NCBI GenBank assembly: GCA_965200965.1
Contig: OZ241744.1
Coordinates: forward strand, 544,001-608,000
Reading direction: 5' to 3'
Origin: an uncultured Candidatus Binatia bacterium
Lineage (GTDB): Bacteria > Desulfobacterota > Binatia > Bin18
DNA: 64,000 nucleotides
Position 1 is the first letter of the stretch; each line of letters begins with the position of its first letter. A model generated the notes under the pieces. The model was not told the DNA's origin. It made no database searches and worked only from the letters and a program-made list of their open reading frames with translations. Shown here piece after piece: positions 18,738 through 28,976 of the stretch. Made by a program: the position numbers and the translations under genes.

Positions 18738-18920
18738 GGCCCCTCCTACCTCATGCACTCACGGATGAACGACTCAAACATATGCGGGTGTTTCGTCTGC
18801 TTCAATGATACCTTCCACATGGCATCGTGATCTGTCATGGCTGCTCTGACCCGATGCTGCGTGTGTAAAGCAGTGCAGACTGTTTTTCAAGGTGTGATTT
18901 CGCTTCTTCGGGGAGTCTTC

Positions 18921-19128
18921 ATGATACACAACGATCACGAGCTGAAAGTCACCCGAGAATGTATAGCGCGTTTTGAAGACCAGCTTACCCATTTGCGTCT
19001 AAGGAGAGACAAACCCTGCCAATTACCATGCTGGAGCATCCGGTTTTTTGGCAGAAATCGACCGCAGGCAGTTAGCAGTGCGGGAATATCTCGCTTCCCA
19101 TCCGACGGAAATGGCTACGGCGGGTTGA
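18921..19128 (+). pseudogene. Small helical hypothetical protein, frameshifted
   Basis: MIHNDHELKVTRECIARFEDQLTHLR continues in a shifted frame as ETNPANYHAGASGFLAEIDRRQLAVREYLASHPTEMATAG*. Span is 208 nt. Confidence 0.55.
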
Positions 19129-19158
19129 GCAAAAGCCCGGCAGCACTACCTTGTAGGC

Positions 19159-20670
19159 TCAGTCGGCCACCTGTGCCGGCGGCGGCGTAGCAGCATCCTG
19201 GCGCGGCCTGGCCGGCCGGCGGCCGAACTCCAAGACACCGTCTTCAAGCGCGCCGTAGGCCACCGTCCAGACATCGCGCGGGTAGTTCTGAAGTGTGCGC
19301 CAGGGCGGGCGCGGCCCCTGCTTGGGCAGGGCGGAAATCGCCCGCTGGATGTAGCCCGAGGTGAAGTCCAGCAATGGCTCGGGCTCGCCACCCAGCTCGC
19401 CCGGACACGGGCAGCACCAGGCATAGCCCTTGGCCTGCATATGGTTCAGCAGCCGGCAGACGTATTCGCAGCTCAGGTCGCATTTGAGTGTCCACGAGGC
19501 GTTGGTGTAGCCGCTGGCCAGGGCCAAGTTCGGCACTTGGCTGAACATGATGCCCTTGTAGGTCAGGGTGTGTGAGAAATCAACCGGCTGACCGTCAAGC
19601 CTGACCTCAAGGCCGCCGAGCAGTTGGAGACTGAGGCCGGTGGCGGTGACAATCAGGTCGGCCTCAAGCTCTGTGCCCGACCGCAGCCGGATGCCCCGCT
19701 TGGTGAAGTGGGCAATGTGGTCGGTGACGACCGAGGCCCGGCCAGTCTTAAGCGCGGCAAAGAAATCGCTGTCCGGGGCCAGACACAGGCGTTGTTGCCA
19801 GGGGTTGTAGTGCGGCCTGAAATGCCGATCGACATCGTAGTCAGGCCCGAGCGCGGCCCGCACCCGGCCCAGGATGAACGCCTTGGCCCGTTCTGGGTAG
19901 CGCCGGCAGAACCAGAAGAAACCGGCCCCCAGGAGCACATTTCTCCAGCGGGTCAGGCTGTACACCCAGCTATTGGGCAGAAACCGGCGCAGCAGGTTCG
20001 TCGCCTGGTCCTTGGACGGTATGGCGACAATATAGGTCGGCGAGCGTTGCAGCATGGTGACATGGGCCGCTGTCGTGGCCATTGCAGGAACGAGGGTGAC
20101 GGCGGTCGCCCCGCTGCCAATCACCACCACCCGCCTGCCGGCGTAGTCAAGCTCAGCCGGCCAGTGCTGGGGGTGGACAATCCGCCCCTGGAACGCTTCG
20201 GCCCCGGCAAACTCCGGGGTATAGCCGTGGTCATAGTTGTAGTAGCCGCTGCACATGAACAGAAAGGTGCAGCGCAAGCGGCAGGGCGAGGCCGTGTCGG
20301 TCCGCTCGGTCTCGACGGTCCACACGGCCTCGGCACTTGACCACGACGCCCGCCTGACGTAGTGGCCAAAGCGGATGTGGCGGGTGAGGCCGTGCTCGGC
20401 GGCGGTCTCGTTCACATAGCGCCGGATGGCCGGGCCGTCGGCAATGGCCTGCGGGTCAGCCCAGGGCCGGAAGGAGTAGCCAAGGGTGTACATGTCCGAG
20501 TCGGAGCGCACCCCCGGGTAACGGAACAGGTCCCAGGTTCCGCCGATGGCGTCCCGTCGCTCCAGAATGGCGTAACTCAGGTCCGGGCAGCGCGTCTGCA
20601 CATGATAGCCGGCGGCAATCCCGGACAGCCCGGCCCCAACGATAATCACATCGAACTGCTCCAATCTCAT
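19159..20670 (-). CDS. ethA: FAD-containing Baeyer-Villiger monooxygenase, EthA-like
   Basis: GAGLSG, GGTWDLFRYPGVRSDSD, FQGRIVHPQHWP fingerprint, GSGATA, GYTNASWTLK. Confidence 0.88.
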   Translation of the reverse strand: MRLEQFDVIIVGAGLSGIAAGYHVQTRCPDLSYAILERRDAIGGTWDLFRYPGVRSDSDMYTLGYSFRPWADPQAIADGPAIRRYVNETAAEHGLTRHIRFGHYVRRASWSSAEAVWTVETERTDTASPCRLRCTFLFMCSGYYNYDHGYTPEFAGAEAFQGRIVHPQHWPAELDYAGRRVVVIGSGATAVTLVPAMATTAAHVTMLQRSPTYIVAIPSKDQATNLLRRFLPNSWVYSLTRWRNVLLGAGFFWFCRRYPERAKAFILGRVRAALGPDYDVDRHFRPHYNPWQQRLCLAPDSDFFAALKTGRASVVTDHIAHFTKRGIRLRSGTELEADLIVTATGLSLQLLGGLEVRLDGQPVDFSHTLTYKGIMFSQVPNLALASGYTNASWTLKCDLSCEYVCRLLNHMQAKGYAWCCPCPGELGGEPEPLLDFTSGYIQRAISALPKQGPRPPWRTLQNYPRDVWTVAYGALEDGVLEFGRRPARPRQDAATPPPAQVAD

Positions 20671-20681
20671 AACGTTCTCTT

Positions 20682-21686
20682 TCATCCACTCTCCTGCAAG
20701 ACCTTTGCCAACTCGTCGGTTTCGCTGTACACAAAGTCGGTCGGTTTGCCGTTGACAAACGCGGCGATGCCGGCTTCGGCCCGGACGGCACCGATGACGG
20801 TGGCGGCGATGCCGTCGGCCTGAAACCCGGCCCGCAGGCTTGGCCAACGCTGGGGCGCGATGGTCAGCAGCAGCGTCCCAGAGCTGATGAGACCCAGCCG
20901 GTTGAGTTGCAAGCAGTCACAGATGTCGCGTGTCAGCGGCAGGACCGGAATCGCGTCAAGCGCAATCCTCAGGCCGTGGCCCGAGGCCGAGGCCAGTTCG
21001 TACAGCGCCATAGCAATGCCACCCTCGGTGGGGTCGTGCATGGCGCTGGCCCCGTGTCGGGCGGCCAGCAGGGCTTGGGCGACAATTGAGATCTCAAAGC
21101 GCTGGGCCAGCCGGCCGGCTTCCTGCCAGCGGGCTGGGCCGAGAGCGGCGCGGATTTGCTCAGCTTTTTCGGCGATCAGAATGATTGTGCCCTCCAGGCC
21201 GGCCGTCCTGGTCATCACTACTAGGTCGCCCGGGCGCGCGCCGGCCGTTGTGACCAGCCCGGCTTTGTCAACCGTGCCGTACATGGTGCCGACCACCACC
21301 GGCTGCCTGACCGCGCTTGTCAGTTCGGTGTGGCCGCCGGTGACAGTTATCCCAAGGCTGTGGCTGGTTTCGTCGATGTGGCGGAATACACGCCGGACGG
21401 CCTCCTGGTCGGTGTCTGGGGGGAAGAGCAGACAGGCTTGAAACCAGCGCGGCCGCCCGCCCATTGTGGCGATGTCGTTGGCGTTGATATGGACGGCGTA
21501 CCAGCCGATGCGCTCGGCGGTAAGGGTGACGGGGTCGGTCTTAATAAGCAGGTAGCGCTCTCCGATGTCAATGACAGCGCAGTCCTCGCCAAAGCGGGGG
21601 CCGATGACAAGCCGCGGGTCTGGTGCGCCCCGGTGGGTGAGGCAGGTCTTGAGGAAGTCAACCGGCAGTTTGCCTATGGGCAGCAT
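20682..21686 (-). CDS. AIR-synthase-related protein (PurM/HypE/ThiL superfamily)
   Basis: GKLP, GEDCAV, KTDP, NANDIATMG, GGHTE, AMHDPTEGG, SSGTLL, C-terminal DEL. Confidence 0.85.
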   Translation of the reverse strand: MLPIGKLPVDFLKTCLTHRGAPDPRLVIGPRFGEDCAVIDIGERYLLIKTDPVTLTAERIGWYAVHINANDIATMGGRPRWFQACLLFPPDTDQEAVRRVFRHIDETSHSLGITVTGGHTELTSAVRQPVVVGTMYGTVDKAGLVTTAGARPGDLVVMTRTAGLEGTIILIAEKAEQIRAALGPARWQEAGRLAQRFEISIVAQALLAARHGASAMHDPTEGGIAMALYELASASGHGLRIALDAIPVLPLTRDICDCLQLNRLGLISSGTLLLTIAPQRWPSLRAGFQADGIAATVIGAVRAEAGIAAFVNGKPTDFVYSETDELAKVLQESG

Positions 21687-21732
21687 GGTCTGAGGAGAGC
21701 GCGCCTTCACCCTGGGGCAGAGGGAGCAAGCC

Positions 21733-23115
21733 CTAGGGCTGGGGGTCTGGAGGGGCGGAGTTGGCCGGCGGGAGTTGGGCCTCCTCCAGGTTGGCTACGA
21801 CCACGCGCAGGAGCCGCTCGGGGTGCAGGTATGTTCTGGCCGCGGCCCTGACCTGCTCGAGGCTGAGGGCCTGAATGATGCCCGGATAGCGGTCTGGATA
21901 GTCAAGCCCCAAGTCGTGAAACTCAAGGGCCGGCAGCAGGCCGGCGATCTGCCGGTTGGAGACCAGCCCCAGCGGATAGCTGTTGACCAGATAGGCTTTG
22001 GCCGCCTCAAGTTCTTGCTCGGTCGCCCCGTGTTCAATGTAGTCGCGCATGATGCCGACCGCCTCGTCAATCGCCTGGCTGGCACTGGCGTTTCTTGTTT
22101 GCAGGCTGAGCCGAAAAGGGCCGGCGTGTTTGCGGCTGCTGAATTGGCTGATGATGCTGTAGACGAGGCCGAGTTCCTCCCGGATGCGGTCGGTCAGGCG
22201 TGAGCCGAAGCCGCCGGCCCCCAGAATATAGTTCATTACCCGGATGGCGTAGATGTCTGGATTGCTGCGGGCCACCCCGGGATGACCGAGGATGATGTTG
22301 GCTTGGCTGACCGGTCTGTTGATGATGAGGAGCTGGGCTGCGGCCGGTCTGGGCGCGGCCGGCCAGGGGAGTGGTGGTACGGGGGCGGCGGTCCAGCCGC
22401 CGAGGTGGCGAACCAGGAGTGCTTGAGCCTGGGTGTGGGACAGCTCGCCGGCAATCCCGATGATCGCGTTATTGGGCCGGTAGTAGGTGTGGTAGAAGGC
22501 GCTGATGTCGGCTGGGGTGAGGCCGGCCAGGGTGCCTGGCTGGCCCTCAGTCAGCCGGCCAAACGGATGCTCGGCGTATAGTTTCTCTTGAAAGGCCGTG
22601 TTGGCTACCCAGCCGGGGTCTTCTTCCTGGCTGCGGATAGCGCCGAGCACTTCGGTCCGCTTGTGTGCAAACTCTTCGGCGGGAAAGGTCGGATGGAGCA
22701 GGACTTCGGCCAGCAGGGCAAAAGACGCTTCGAGGTTCCTGGTGAGGGTTGTGACCGATAGGGTAGTGGTTTCGTAGTTGGCCGACACTGATAGCGAGGT
22801 GCCCAGGAAGTCGAGCGCTTCGGCCAGCGCTTGGGCGGTGTACTGCCGGGTGCCGCGGGTCAGTAACTCGGCGGTGAGGTTGGCCACGCCGGCTTTGCCG
22901 ACCGGGTCGGCGGTTGAGCCGGTTTTGAGCATGATGTTCATCACCACCATTGGGACGCCGGGACGCTCGGCAACCAGCAGGACGGCCCCGTTGTCGAGCA
23001 CACTGCGGGCGGCGATGGGTGCGGCCTGGGCCGAACTGAGTGGCAGCCCCAGGACGGTGAGCAGGCTGCCGAGCAGACCGCTCAACACGGAAAAGCGCGT
23101 TCGTGTTTCCTTCAC
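21733..23115 (-). CDS. M16B peptidase, non-catalytic subunit
   Basis: Signal peptide, LDNG, M16 fold motifs without HxxEH, REELGLVY R/Y pair. Confidence 0.85.
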   Translation of the reverse strand: MKETRTRFSVLSGLLGSLLTVLGLPLSSAQAAPIAARSVLDNGAVLLVAERPGVPMVVMNIMLKTGSTADPVGKAGVANLTAELLTRGTRQYTAQALAEALDFLGTSLSVSANYETTTLSVTTLTRNLEASFALLAEVLLHPTFPAEEFAHKRTEVLGAIRSQEEDPGWVANTAFQEKLYAEHPFGRLTEGQPGTLAGLTPADISAFYHTYYRPNNAIIGIAGELSHTQAQALLVRHLGGWTAAPVPPLPWPAAPRPAAAQLLIINRPVSQANIILGHPGVARSNPDIYAIRVMNYILGAGGFGSRLTDRIREELGLVYSIISQFSSRKHAGPFRLSLQTRNASASQAIDEAVGIMRDYIEHGATEQELEAAKAYLVNSYPLGLVSNRQIAGLLPALEFHDLGLDYPDRYPGIIQALSLEQVRAAARTYLHPERLLRVVVANLEEAQLPPANSAPPDPQP

Positions 23116-23124
23116 TCCAGACCC

Positions 23125-24501
23125 CTAGTGCCTGATCTGGCCGCCTGGACCGGTGCTGGGTCGCTTGCGGATGGGTGGTCCTTCAGGGAGGAGCACCCCG
23201 ACCGTGCGGTTGTCTTCCCGCAGATAGGTTTGGGCGACCCGTTGGACCTGTGAGGCGGTGACGGCACGCAGGTGTGGCACGACCTGCTGCACGAGTTGCC
23301 AGTCGCCCAGCGAGGTGTACTGCCCGAGCTGCATCGCCCGGTAGAACAGCGAGTCCTGGCCGTAGATGAAGTGCGACTCGACCAGGTTCTTAGCCCGTTC
23401 GAGTTCCCTGGCACCGATTGGCTGGGTTTTGAGCTGTTCAATCTGCTCAAACAGCGCGGTCTCTGCGGCCTGCCAGGTTTTGCCCGGGGCGAGGCGCATG
23501 GACAGGGTGAACAGCGGGGGGTCTTTTGCCGTGTCGTCGTAAGCGGCGTTGGCGCTGAGGGCGAGGCGCTGTTCTTCGACCAGAGTTTTTTGCAGGCGCG
23601 CGCTCCGCCCGCCGTCCAGGATGACCGACAGGACTGACAGGGCCGGGCTGTCCTGGTGATGCAGGTTGGGCACATGGTAGGCGGCGACATACAGCGGCAG
23701 GGCTGCCGGCCGGCGGAAGGTGATGCGCCGCTCGCCGCGCTGAGGCGGCTCAAGGGCGGTGACCGGGGGGGCCGGCGGTCCGGCTGGGACGGCACCAAAG
23801 GTGGCTTTGATCTTGGGCAGAACGGTCTGCCGGCGGATAGCTCCGGCAATGACCAGGATGGCGTTGCCCGGGGCGTAGTAGGTCTGGCGGTAGCGCGTGA
23901 CTTGGTCCAGGTTGATGGACTCCAGGTCGCGCTGCCAGCCGACGACCGGCCAGGCATAGGGATGGGCGGTATAGGCGACCGCGCTGACCTGCTCCCAGAG
24001 TTCGGATGCCGGGTCATCGCTGGTGCGCAAACGACGCTCTTCCATGACAATCTGCCGCTCGGCTTCAAGGTCGTCCTGGTCCAGGCTCAGGTTGGCCATG
24101 CGGTCGGCTTCCAGCTCGAGCATCAGGTCCAGATGGGCGGTAGTGACCTGCTCAAAGTAGACGGTGTGGTCGGCGCTGGTAAAGGCGTTGAGGCGGCCGC
24201 CGCGCTGTTTGATCAGGCGGGAGAACTCGCCTTCGCCATACTTCGGGGTGCCGCGGAACATGAGGTGTTCAAGCAGGTGCGAGATGCCGGTGATGCCGAT
24301 CTGTTCGTTGCGGGCACCGACCTTGTACCACACCTGGAGGGTGACAACCGGTGCGCGGTGATCCTCAAGCAGCAAGACCGTCAGGCCGTTGTCGAGTCGG
24401 TCTTGGCTGACCTGCCAGCCGGCACCGGGAGGCTGACCAAAAACAGGGGCCGAGAACAGGGCGAGGGGCAAAAGGGCGAGTCCTGGCCACACATAGTACA
24501 C
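23125..24501 (-). CDS. M16B peptidase, catalytic subunit
   Basis: GISHLLEHLMFRGT (HxxEH), NAFTS, ELEADRM, MEERR. GTG start chosen to avoid overlap with galU. Confidence 0.88.
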   Translation of the reverse strand: MYYVWPGLALLPLALFSAPVFGQPPGAGWQVSQDRLDNGLTVLLLEDHRAPVVTLQVWYKVGARNEQIGITGISHLLEHLMFRGTPKYGEGEFSRLIKQRGGRLNAFTSADHTVYFEQVTTAHLDLMLELEADRMANLSLDQDDLEAERQIVMEERRLRTSDDPASELWEQVSAVAYTAHPYAWPVVGWQRDLESINLDQVTRYRQTYYAPGNAILVIAGAIRRQTVLPKIKATFGAVPAGPPAPPVTALEPPQRGERRITFRRPAALPLYVAAYHVPNLHHQDSPALSVLSVILDGGRSARLQKTLVEEQRLALSANAAYDDTAKDPPLFTLSMRLAPGKTWQAAETALFEQIEQLKTQPIGARELERAKNLVESHFIYGQDSLFYRAMQLGQYTSLGDWQLVQQVVPHLRAVTASQVQRVAQTYLREDNRTVGVLLPEGPPIRKRPSTGPGGQIRH

Positions 24502-24523
24502 GTCGTATCCCTCCGGGTGATGT

Positions 24524-25390
24524 CTACGGCTCGTCGGCAAGCTCTGTGATGACTTCGCGCAGCCGCTCGCGCAGACCGGGGTTGTAGTAGGCGAGGCGGA
24601 TTGTTGTTTCGAGCAAGCCCGGGATTGTGCCGACATCGTGCCGGCGTCCGGTAAAGACATAGCCGTACAGGCCGTGGCGCTGCTGAAGTACGCGTAAGCC
24701 GTCGGTCAGTTGGATCTCCCCGCCGGCCCCGGACCGGACCTGGGTCAGAATGGAGAAAATATCGGGGGGCAGTACATAGCGCCCGATAATGGCCAAATCC
24801 GATGGCTCGCTGCCCGGTGGGGGCTTCTCGACCAGGGCTGAAATGGCATAGGTCCGGGGTGCCGTCTGGTGGCCGGCAATAACCCCGTAGCGGTGGATGT
24901 GTTGGCGCGGGATCTGCTCCAGGGCCAGTACCCCCGTGCCCGTTTGTTCATAGACCTGGAGTAACTGGGCGCTCAGCGGTGGGTCGGCCTGGCCCAAGTC
25001 GTCGGGCAGAATGACAACGAAGGGCTCGTCTCCAACGGCCTCTCGGGCGCATAAGACGGCGTGGCCGAGGCCGCGTGGCTCGTCCTGGTAGACGCAGCTG
25101 ACGGCGGTGCGCTCTAGCAGGGCGTTCAGCCCGGACAGCAGCCCGGCTTTGTCCCGGTCGGCCAGCCGCTGCGGATCGGGGGTAAAATAGCGCCCGATGT
25201 CTTGCTTGGAGCGGCTGATCACAAAGATGATGTGGGTGATACCAGAGGCGCTGGCCTCTTCAACCGCATATTGGCTGGCCGGTCGATCGACGACCAGCAA
25301 CAGTTCTTTGGGCAGGACTTTGGTGGCCGGCAACAGCCGGGTGCCAAGCCCGGCGGCCGGAATCACCGCTTTTTTGACTGGGGTGCTCAC
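24524..25390 (-). CDS. galU: UTP--glucose-1-phosphate uridylyltransferase
   Basis: KAVIPAAGLGTRLLPATK, GLGHAV, VEKP, GEIQLTD. Confidence 0.93.
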   Translation of the reverse strand: MSTPVKKAVIPAAGLGTRLLPATKVLPKELLLVVDRPASQYAVEEASASGITHIIFVISRSKQDIGRYFTPDPQRLADRDKAGLLSGLNALLERTAVSCVYQDEPRGLGHAVLCAREAVGDEPFVVILPDDLGQADPPLSAQLLQVYEQTGTGVLALEQIPRQHIHRYGVIAGHQTAPRTYAISALVEKPPPGSEPSDLAIIGRYVLPPDIFSILTQVRSGAGGEIQLTDGLRVLQQRHGLYGYVFTGRRHDVGTIPGLLETTIRLAYYNPGLRERLREVITELADEP

Positions 25391-25413
25391 GAGAGATGCG
25401 ACCGGTAGCGCGC

Positions 25414-27861
25414 CTATGACGAGGCCGGGGCCTGAACGCCGGTGTCGGGCGTATCGACCGGAATGGCCGGCTGGGCCAGGGCCAAGTCTAAGACCTCGTC
25501 AATGTTTTCGACAAAGTGAAACTCCATTTCTTCGCGCACCTTGACCGGCACATCTTCGAGGTCTTTTTCGTTGCGTTTGGGTAGAATGACCGTTTTGACC
25601 CCGGCCCGGCGGGCAGCCAGGGTCTTTTCTTTGACCCCGCCGATGGGCATTACCTTGCCGCGTAAAGTGATCTCGCCGGTCATGGCCATATCCGAGTTGA
25701 CCGGTCTGCCGGTCAGCAGCGAGGCCAGGGCGGTGGTCATGGTGATTCCCGCTGAGGGTCCGTCTTTAGGGATGGCACCGGCCGGCACATGAATATGCAG
25801 GTCGCAGTTTTCATAGAAGTTCGGGGCCAGACCGAGGCGGTCGGCTTTGGAGCGAATGTAGGACAGGGCGGCCTGGGCCGATTCTTTCATCACCTCGCCG
25901 AGTTGACCGGTGAGGGTCAGCCCCTTTTTCCCGGCCATGCGGGTGGCTTCGATGAACAGAATATCGCCGCCGTTGGGCGTCCAGGCCAAGCCGATGGCTA
26001 CCCCTGGCTCCTGGGTGCGCTCGGCCACCTCGGGAAAGAATTTCTCGGGACCGAGCAGCTCGGTCACTTTTTCGACTGAAATCATCGCTTTTTCGGTTTG
26101 CCCCTCTGTGACCGCCCGGGCAACTTTGCGGCACACGCTGCCGACCTCACGCTCCAGGTTGCGCACGCCTGCTTCGTGGGTGTAGCTCCTGGCGATTTTG
26201 AGCAGGGCTTCGTCGGTGAAGGCAATCAGATCGTTTGTCAAGCCGTTTTCGGTGATCTGTTTGGGCATCAGGTGACGCTTGGCGATCTCCAGCTTCTCTT
26301 CTTCAGTATAGCCGGCCAGTTCAATGACCTCCATGCGGTCACGCAGGGCCGGCGGCACCGGCTCCAGGTAGTTGGCGGTGGTGATGAACATGACCTTGGA
26401 CAGGTCAAAGGCCACTTCGAGATAGTGGTCGGCAAACGAAAAGTTCTGCTCCGGGTCAAGCACTTCCAGCAGGGCCGAGGCCGGGTCGCCCCGAAAATCC
26501 ATACCCAGCTTGTCGATCTCGTCAAGCATGAACAGCGGGTTGTTTGATCCCGCGGTGCGCAGGGACTGAATGATCCGCCCCGGCAGTGAGCCGATGTAGG
26601 TCCGGCGATGACCCCGGATCTCGGCCTCGTCGCGCACGCCTCCCAGCGACAGACGCACAAACTTGCGCCCGATGGCTCGGGCAATGGAACGCCCCAGCGA
26701 GGTTTTGCCGACCCCTGGCGGGCCGACAAAACACAGGATCGGTCCCTTGGGGTCTTGGCGCAGCTTGCGGACGGCCAGGTACTCGAGAATACGGTCTTTG
26801 ATTTTTTCCAGATCGTAATGATCCTCGTCCAGCACTTGGCGGGCGTGGGTCATGTCGAGCTTGTCGTCGGTTGTCACCGCCCAGGGCAGATTGACCAGCC
26901 ATTCGAGATAGGTGCGGACCATTGAGTGCTCGGCCGACTCGGGTGGAATCAGGCGGAGCCGTTCGATCTCGTTATCCGCGGCTTTGCGCGCCTCCTCGGG
27001 CATCTTTGCCTCTTCAATCTTCTTGCGCAGGTCTTCGATCTCGTTGCTTTTGGCGTCTCCCTCGCCGAGTTCTTTTTGGATCGCTCGCATCTGCTGGCGG
27101 AGGTAAAACTCTTTCTGGTTCTTGTTCAGTTCACTCTGGACCTGAGACTGAATCTTGTGGCCGAGTTCAACCAACTCGCCTTCCCGATTCAAAATACTTG
27201 ACAGTTTTTCCAGGCGTTCTTTGACGTCGAGCGTGTTGAGGAGGTCCTGCTTTTCATTGACCGAGATGTTGAGATTCGAGCCGATCAGGTCGGCCGCCCG
27301 GCCCGGGTCTTTGATGTTCATGACCACGCCCTGGAGTTCGTCGGGCAGGTAGGGCACTTGGGACACAAACTTGGCAAACTGGCTGACTAGGTGCGCTTGG
27401 CGCGCATCAATGTCGGATGCCGAGCGGACGACATCTTGCAGGTGGGCCACGCTGGCCCGCAGATACGGCTCGTGTTGCAGATAGTCTCGGATTTCAATAC
27501 GTTTCAGACCCTGGACCAGAATGCGTACGCTGCCGTCGGGGTATTTGAGCATTTTCAGAATCCGTCCGGCACTGCCACGCGAAAACAGGGCGGTGGCGTC
27601 GGGATTCTCCTCTTCGGGGTTTTTTTGAGCGGCTAAGCCGAGAAGATTGTCGTTGTTGCGACAATCTTCAACCAGTTTGAGAGAGGAGCCCCGGGAGATC
27701 AACAGGGGAACAACCGCGGAGGGAAAAACGACCACCCCGCGGAGGGGAAGAATCGGGAGTTCGGTCGGGACAACAATATCCCCGGGGTCTTCTTCAAAGC
27801 TGACGACCCCGTGTCCTTGCGCCTCTTCTTCCTCGCCAGCACGCGTCCTAATATCTGCCAT
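25414..27861 (-). CDS. lon: ATP-dependent protease La
   Basis: LPILPLR N-domain, GPPGVGKTS Walker [15 protein letters not shown] catalytic Ser. GGAGG RBS before ATG 27861. Confidence 0.97.
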   Translation of the reverse strand: MADIRTRAGEEEEAQGHGVVSFEEDPGDIVVPTELPILPLRGVVVFPSAVVPLLISRGSSLKLVEDCRNNDNLLGLAAQKNPEEENPDATALFSRGSAGRILKMLKYPDGSVRILVQGLKRIEIRDYLQHEPYLRASVAHLQDVVRSASDIDARQAHLVSQFAKFVSQVPYLPDELQGVVMNIKDPGRAADLIGSNLNISVNEKQDLLNTLDVKERLEKLSSILNREGELVELGHKIQSQVQSELNKNQKEFYLRQQMRAIQKELGEGDAKSNEIEDLRKKIEEAKMPEEARKAADNEIERLRLIPPESAEHSMVRTYLEWLVNLPWAVTTDDKLDMTHARQVLDEDHYDLEKIKDRILEYLAVRKLRQDPKGPILCFVGPPGVGKTSLGRSIARAIGRKFVRLSLGGVRDEAEIRGHRRTYIGSLPGRIIQSLRTAGSNNPLFMLDEIDKLGMDFRGDPASALLEVLDPEQNFSFADHYLEVAFDLSKVMFITTANYLEPVPPALRDRMEVIELAGYTEEEKLEIAKRHLMPKQITENGLTNDLIAFTDEALLKIARSYTHEAGVRNLEREVGSVCRKVARAVTEGQTEKAMISVEKVTELLGPEKFFPEVAERTQEPGVAIGLAWTPNGGDILFIEATRMAGKKGLTLTGQLGEVMKESAQAALSYIRSKADRLGLAPNFYENCDLHIHVPAGAIPKDGPSAGITMTTALASLLTGRPVNSDMAMTGEITLRGKVMPIGGVKEKTLAARRAGVKTVILPKRNEKDLEDVPVKVREEMEFHFVENIDEVLDLALAQPAIPVDTPDTGVQAPASS

Positions 27862-27987
27862 GAGGCCTCCCTCCAATGCCAAGCTGGGATGCAACATCCT
27901 GGGGAAAACCATAATACATGGTCTCTGCTTGCACAAGGGGGAAAGACTAGATACAAGCGTGTGAGCCACCCGTCTGAGAACGCTGTT

Positions 27988-28158
27988 ATGAAACATGAGA
28001 GACTGTTCAACCTTGAGGAAACGAACGCCTTGTTGCCGTATCTGGAGCACAGCGAAAAAGAGATTGCCCCCTTATTATCGCCAGTCCGAGGGTTTTCTGG
28101 TCGGCGTCCCATTGGCGAGCGGACTGGCAAGCCCCACTGTCAACACGAGCCGGCCTGA
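27988..28158 (+). pseudogene. Internally deleted DUF2203-family remnant
   Basis: N-terminal [15 protein letters not shown] joined directly to the C-terminal EKEIA.YYRQSEGF.GRRPI motif, which is spread over two frames. Confidence 0.55.
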
Positions 28159-28181
28159 GCAGCCGGTGTCAGGAGTCAGGC

Positions 28182-28931
28182 GTGAAGCCCTATCGAGCCG
28201 TCTTGTTTGACCTGTTTAGCACGGTTGCCCTCTTTGAGGCCGAGCGTTTGCCGCTATTCGCCTGGAAAGGCCAAACTGCCCGATCGACGATGGGCGGGCT
28301 ACAAGCGATCGTTGAGGCAAAAGTGACCGCGGTTCCTTTTGCGCAATTTTTTGCTGCCCTGTCCGAGGTCAATCAGGAGTTTGCCGAGCGGCGGGCGCGT
28401 GACAGGCACGAGATCCCGTCCATGCGGCGTTTTGAGTCTGCCCTGGTCCGGGTCGGCTATCCGGTTGGTGAGGCGACCCAAGATCTGGCCCAAGAACTGT
28501 CGCTGACCCATATGGGACTGTTGGCCCGGGCGGCCGAAATTCCAGCCGCCCATATTGCGTTTCTAAAACGCGTGCATGCGGCCTATTCCGTTGCCCTGGT
28601 CTCGAATTTTGATCATGGCCCGACCGCTCGGCTCATCGTTGAGCGGGATGGGGCGGCCCCTTACTTCCACCAGATTGTCATCTCAGACGATCACGGCTGG
28701 CGCAAACCCCACCCCAAAATCTTCACCGATACCCTGGAGCTGCTCCAGGTCGCAGCCCGGGATGCCTTGTTTGTAGGAGACTCCCCCCACGATGATGTCA
28801 TGGGGGCCAAGCAGGCAGGGCTTGATAGCGCCTGGGTCAATGCCGCCGGCATGGCCCTACCCCAGGGCATCCCGGGGCCAGACTACATGGTCCGGGCCAT
28901 CTCAGAGTTAGAGCCTATCCTGTTTGGCTAG
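28182..28931 (+). CDS. HAD-superfamily hydrolase
   Basis: VLFDLFSTV, LVSN, RKPHP, FVGDSPHDDVMGA. Confidence 0.88.
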   Translation: MKPYRAVLFDLFSTVALFEAERLPLFAWKGQTARSTMGGLQAIVEAKVTAVPFAQFFAALSEVNQEFAERRARDRHEIPSMRRFESALVRVGYPVGEATQDLAQELSLTHMGLLARAAEIPAAHIAFLKRVHAAYSVALVSNFDHGPTARLIVERDGAAPYFHQIVISDDHGWRKPHPKIFTDTLELLQVAARDALFVGDSPHDDVMGAKQAGLDSAWVNAAGMALPQGIPGPDYMVRAISELEPILFG

Positions 28932-28976
28932 GAGACAGAACGTCGGCTTGATCGTCTCGGGCGGTGTCCATACGGT

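Noticed and set aside
21733-24501. M16 peptidase pair as a RiPP/PQQ maturation system
   Set aside because: No precursor peptide or pqq genes nearby. Such heterodimeric M16B pairs are common housekeeping proteases.
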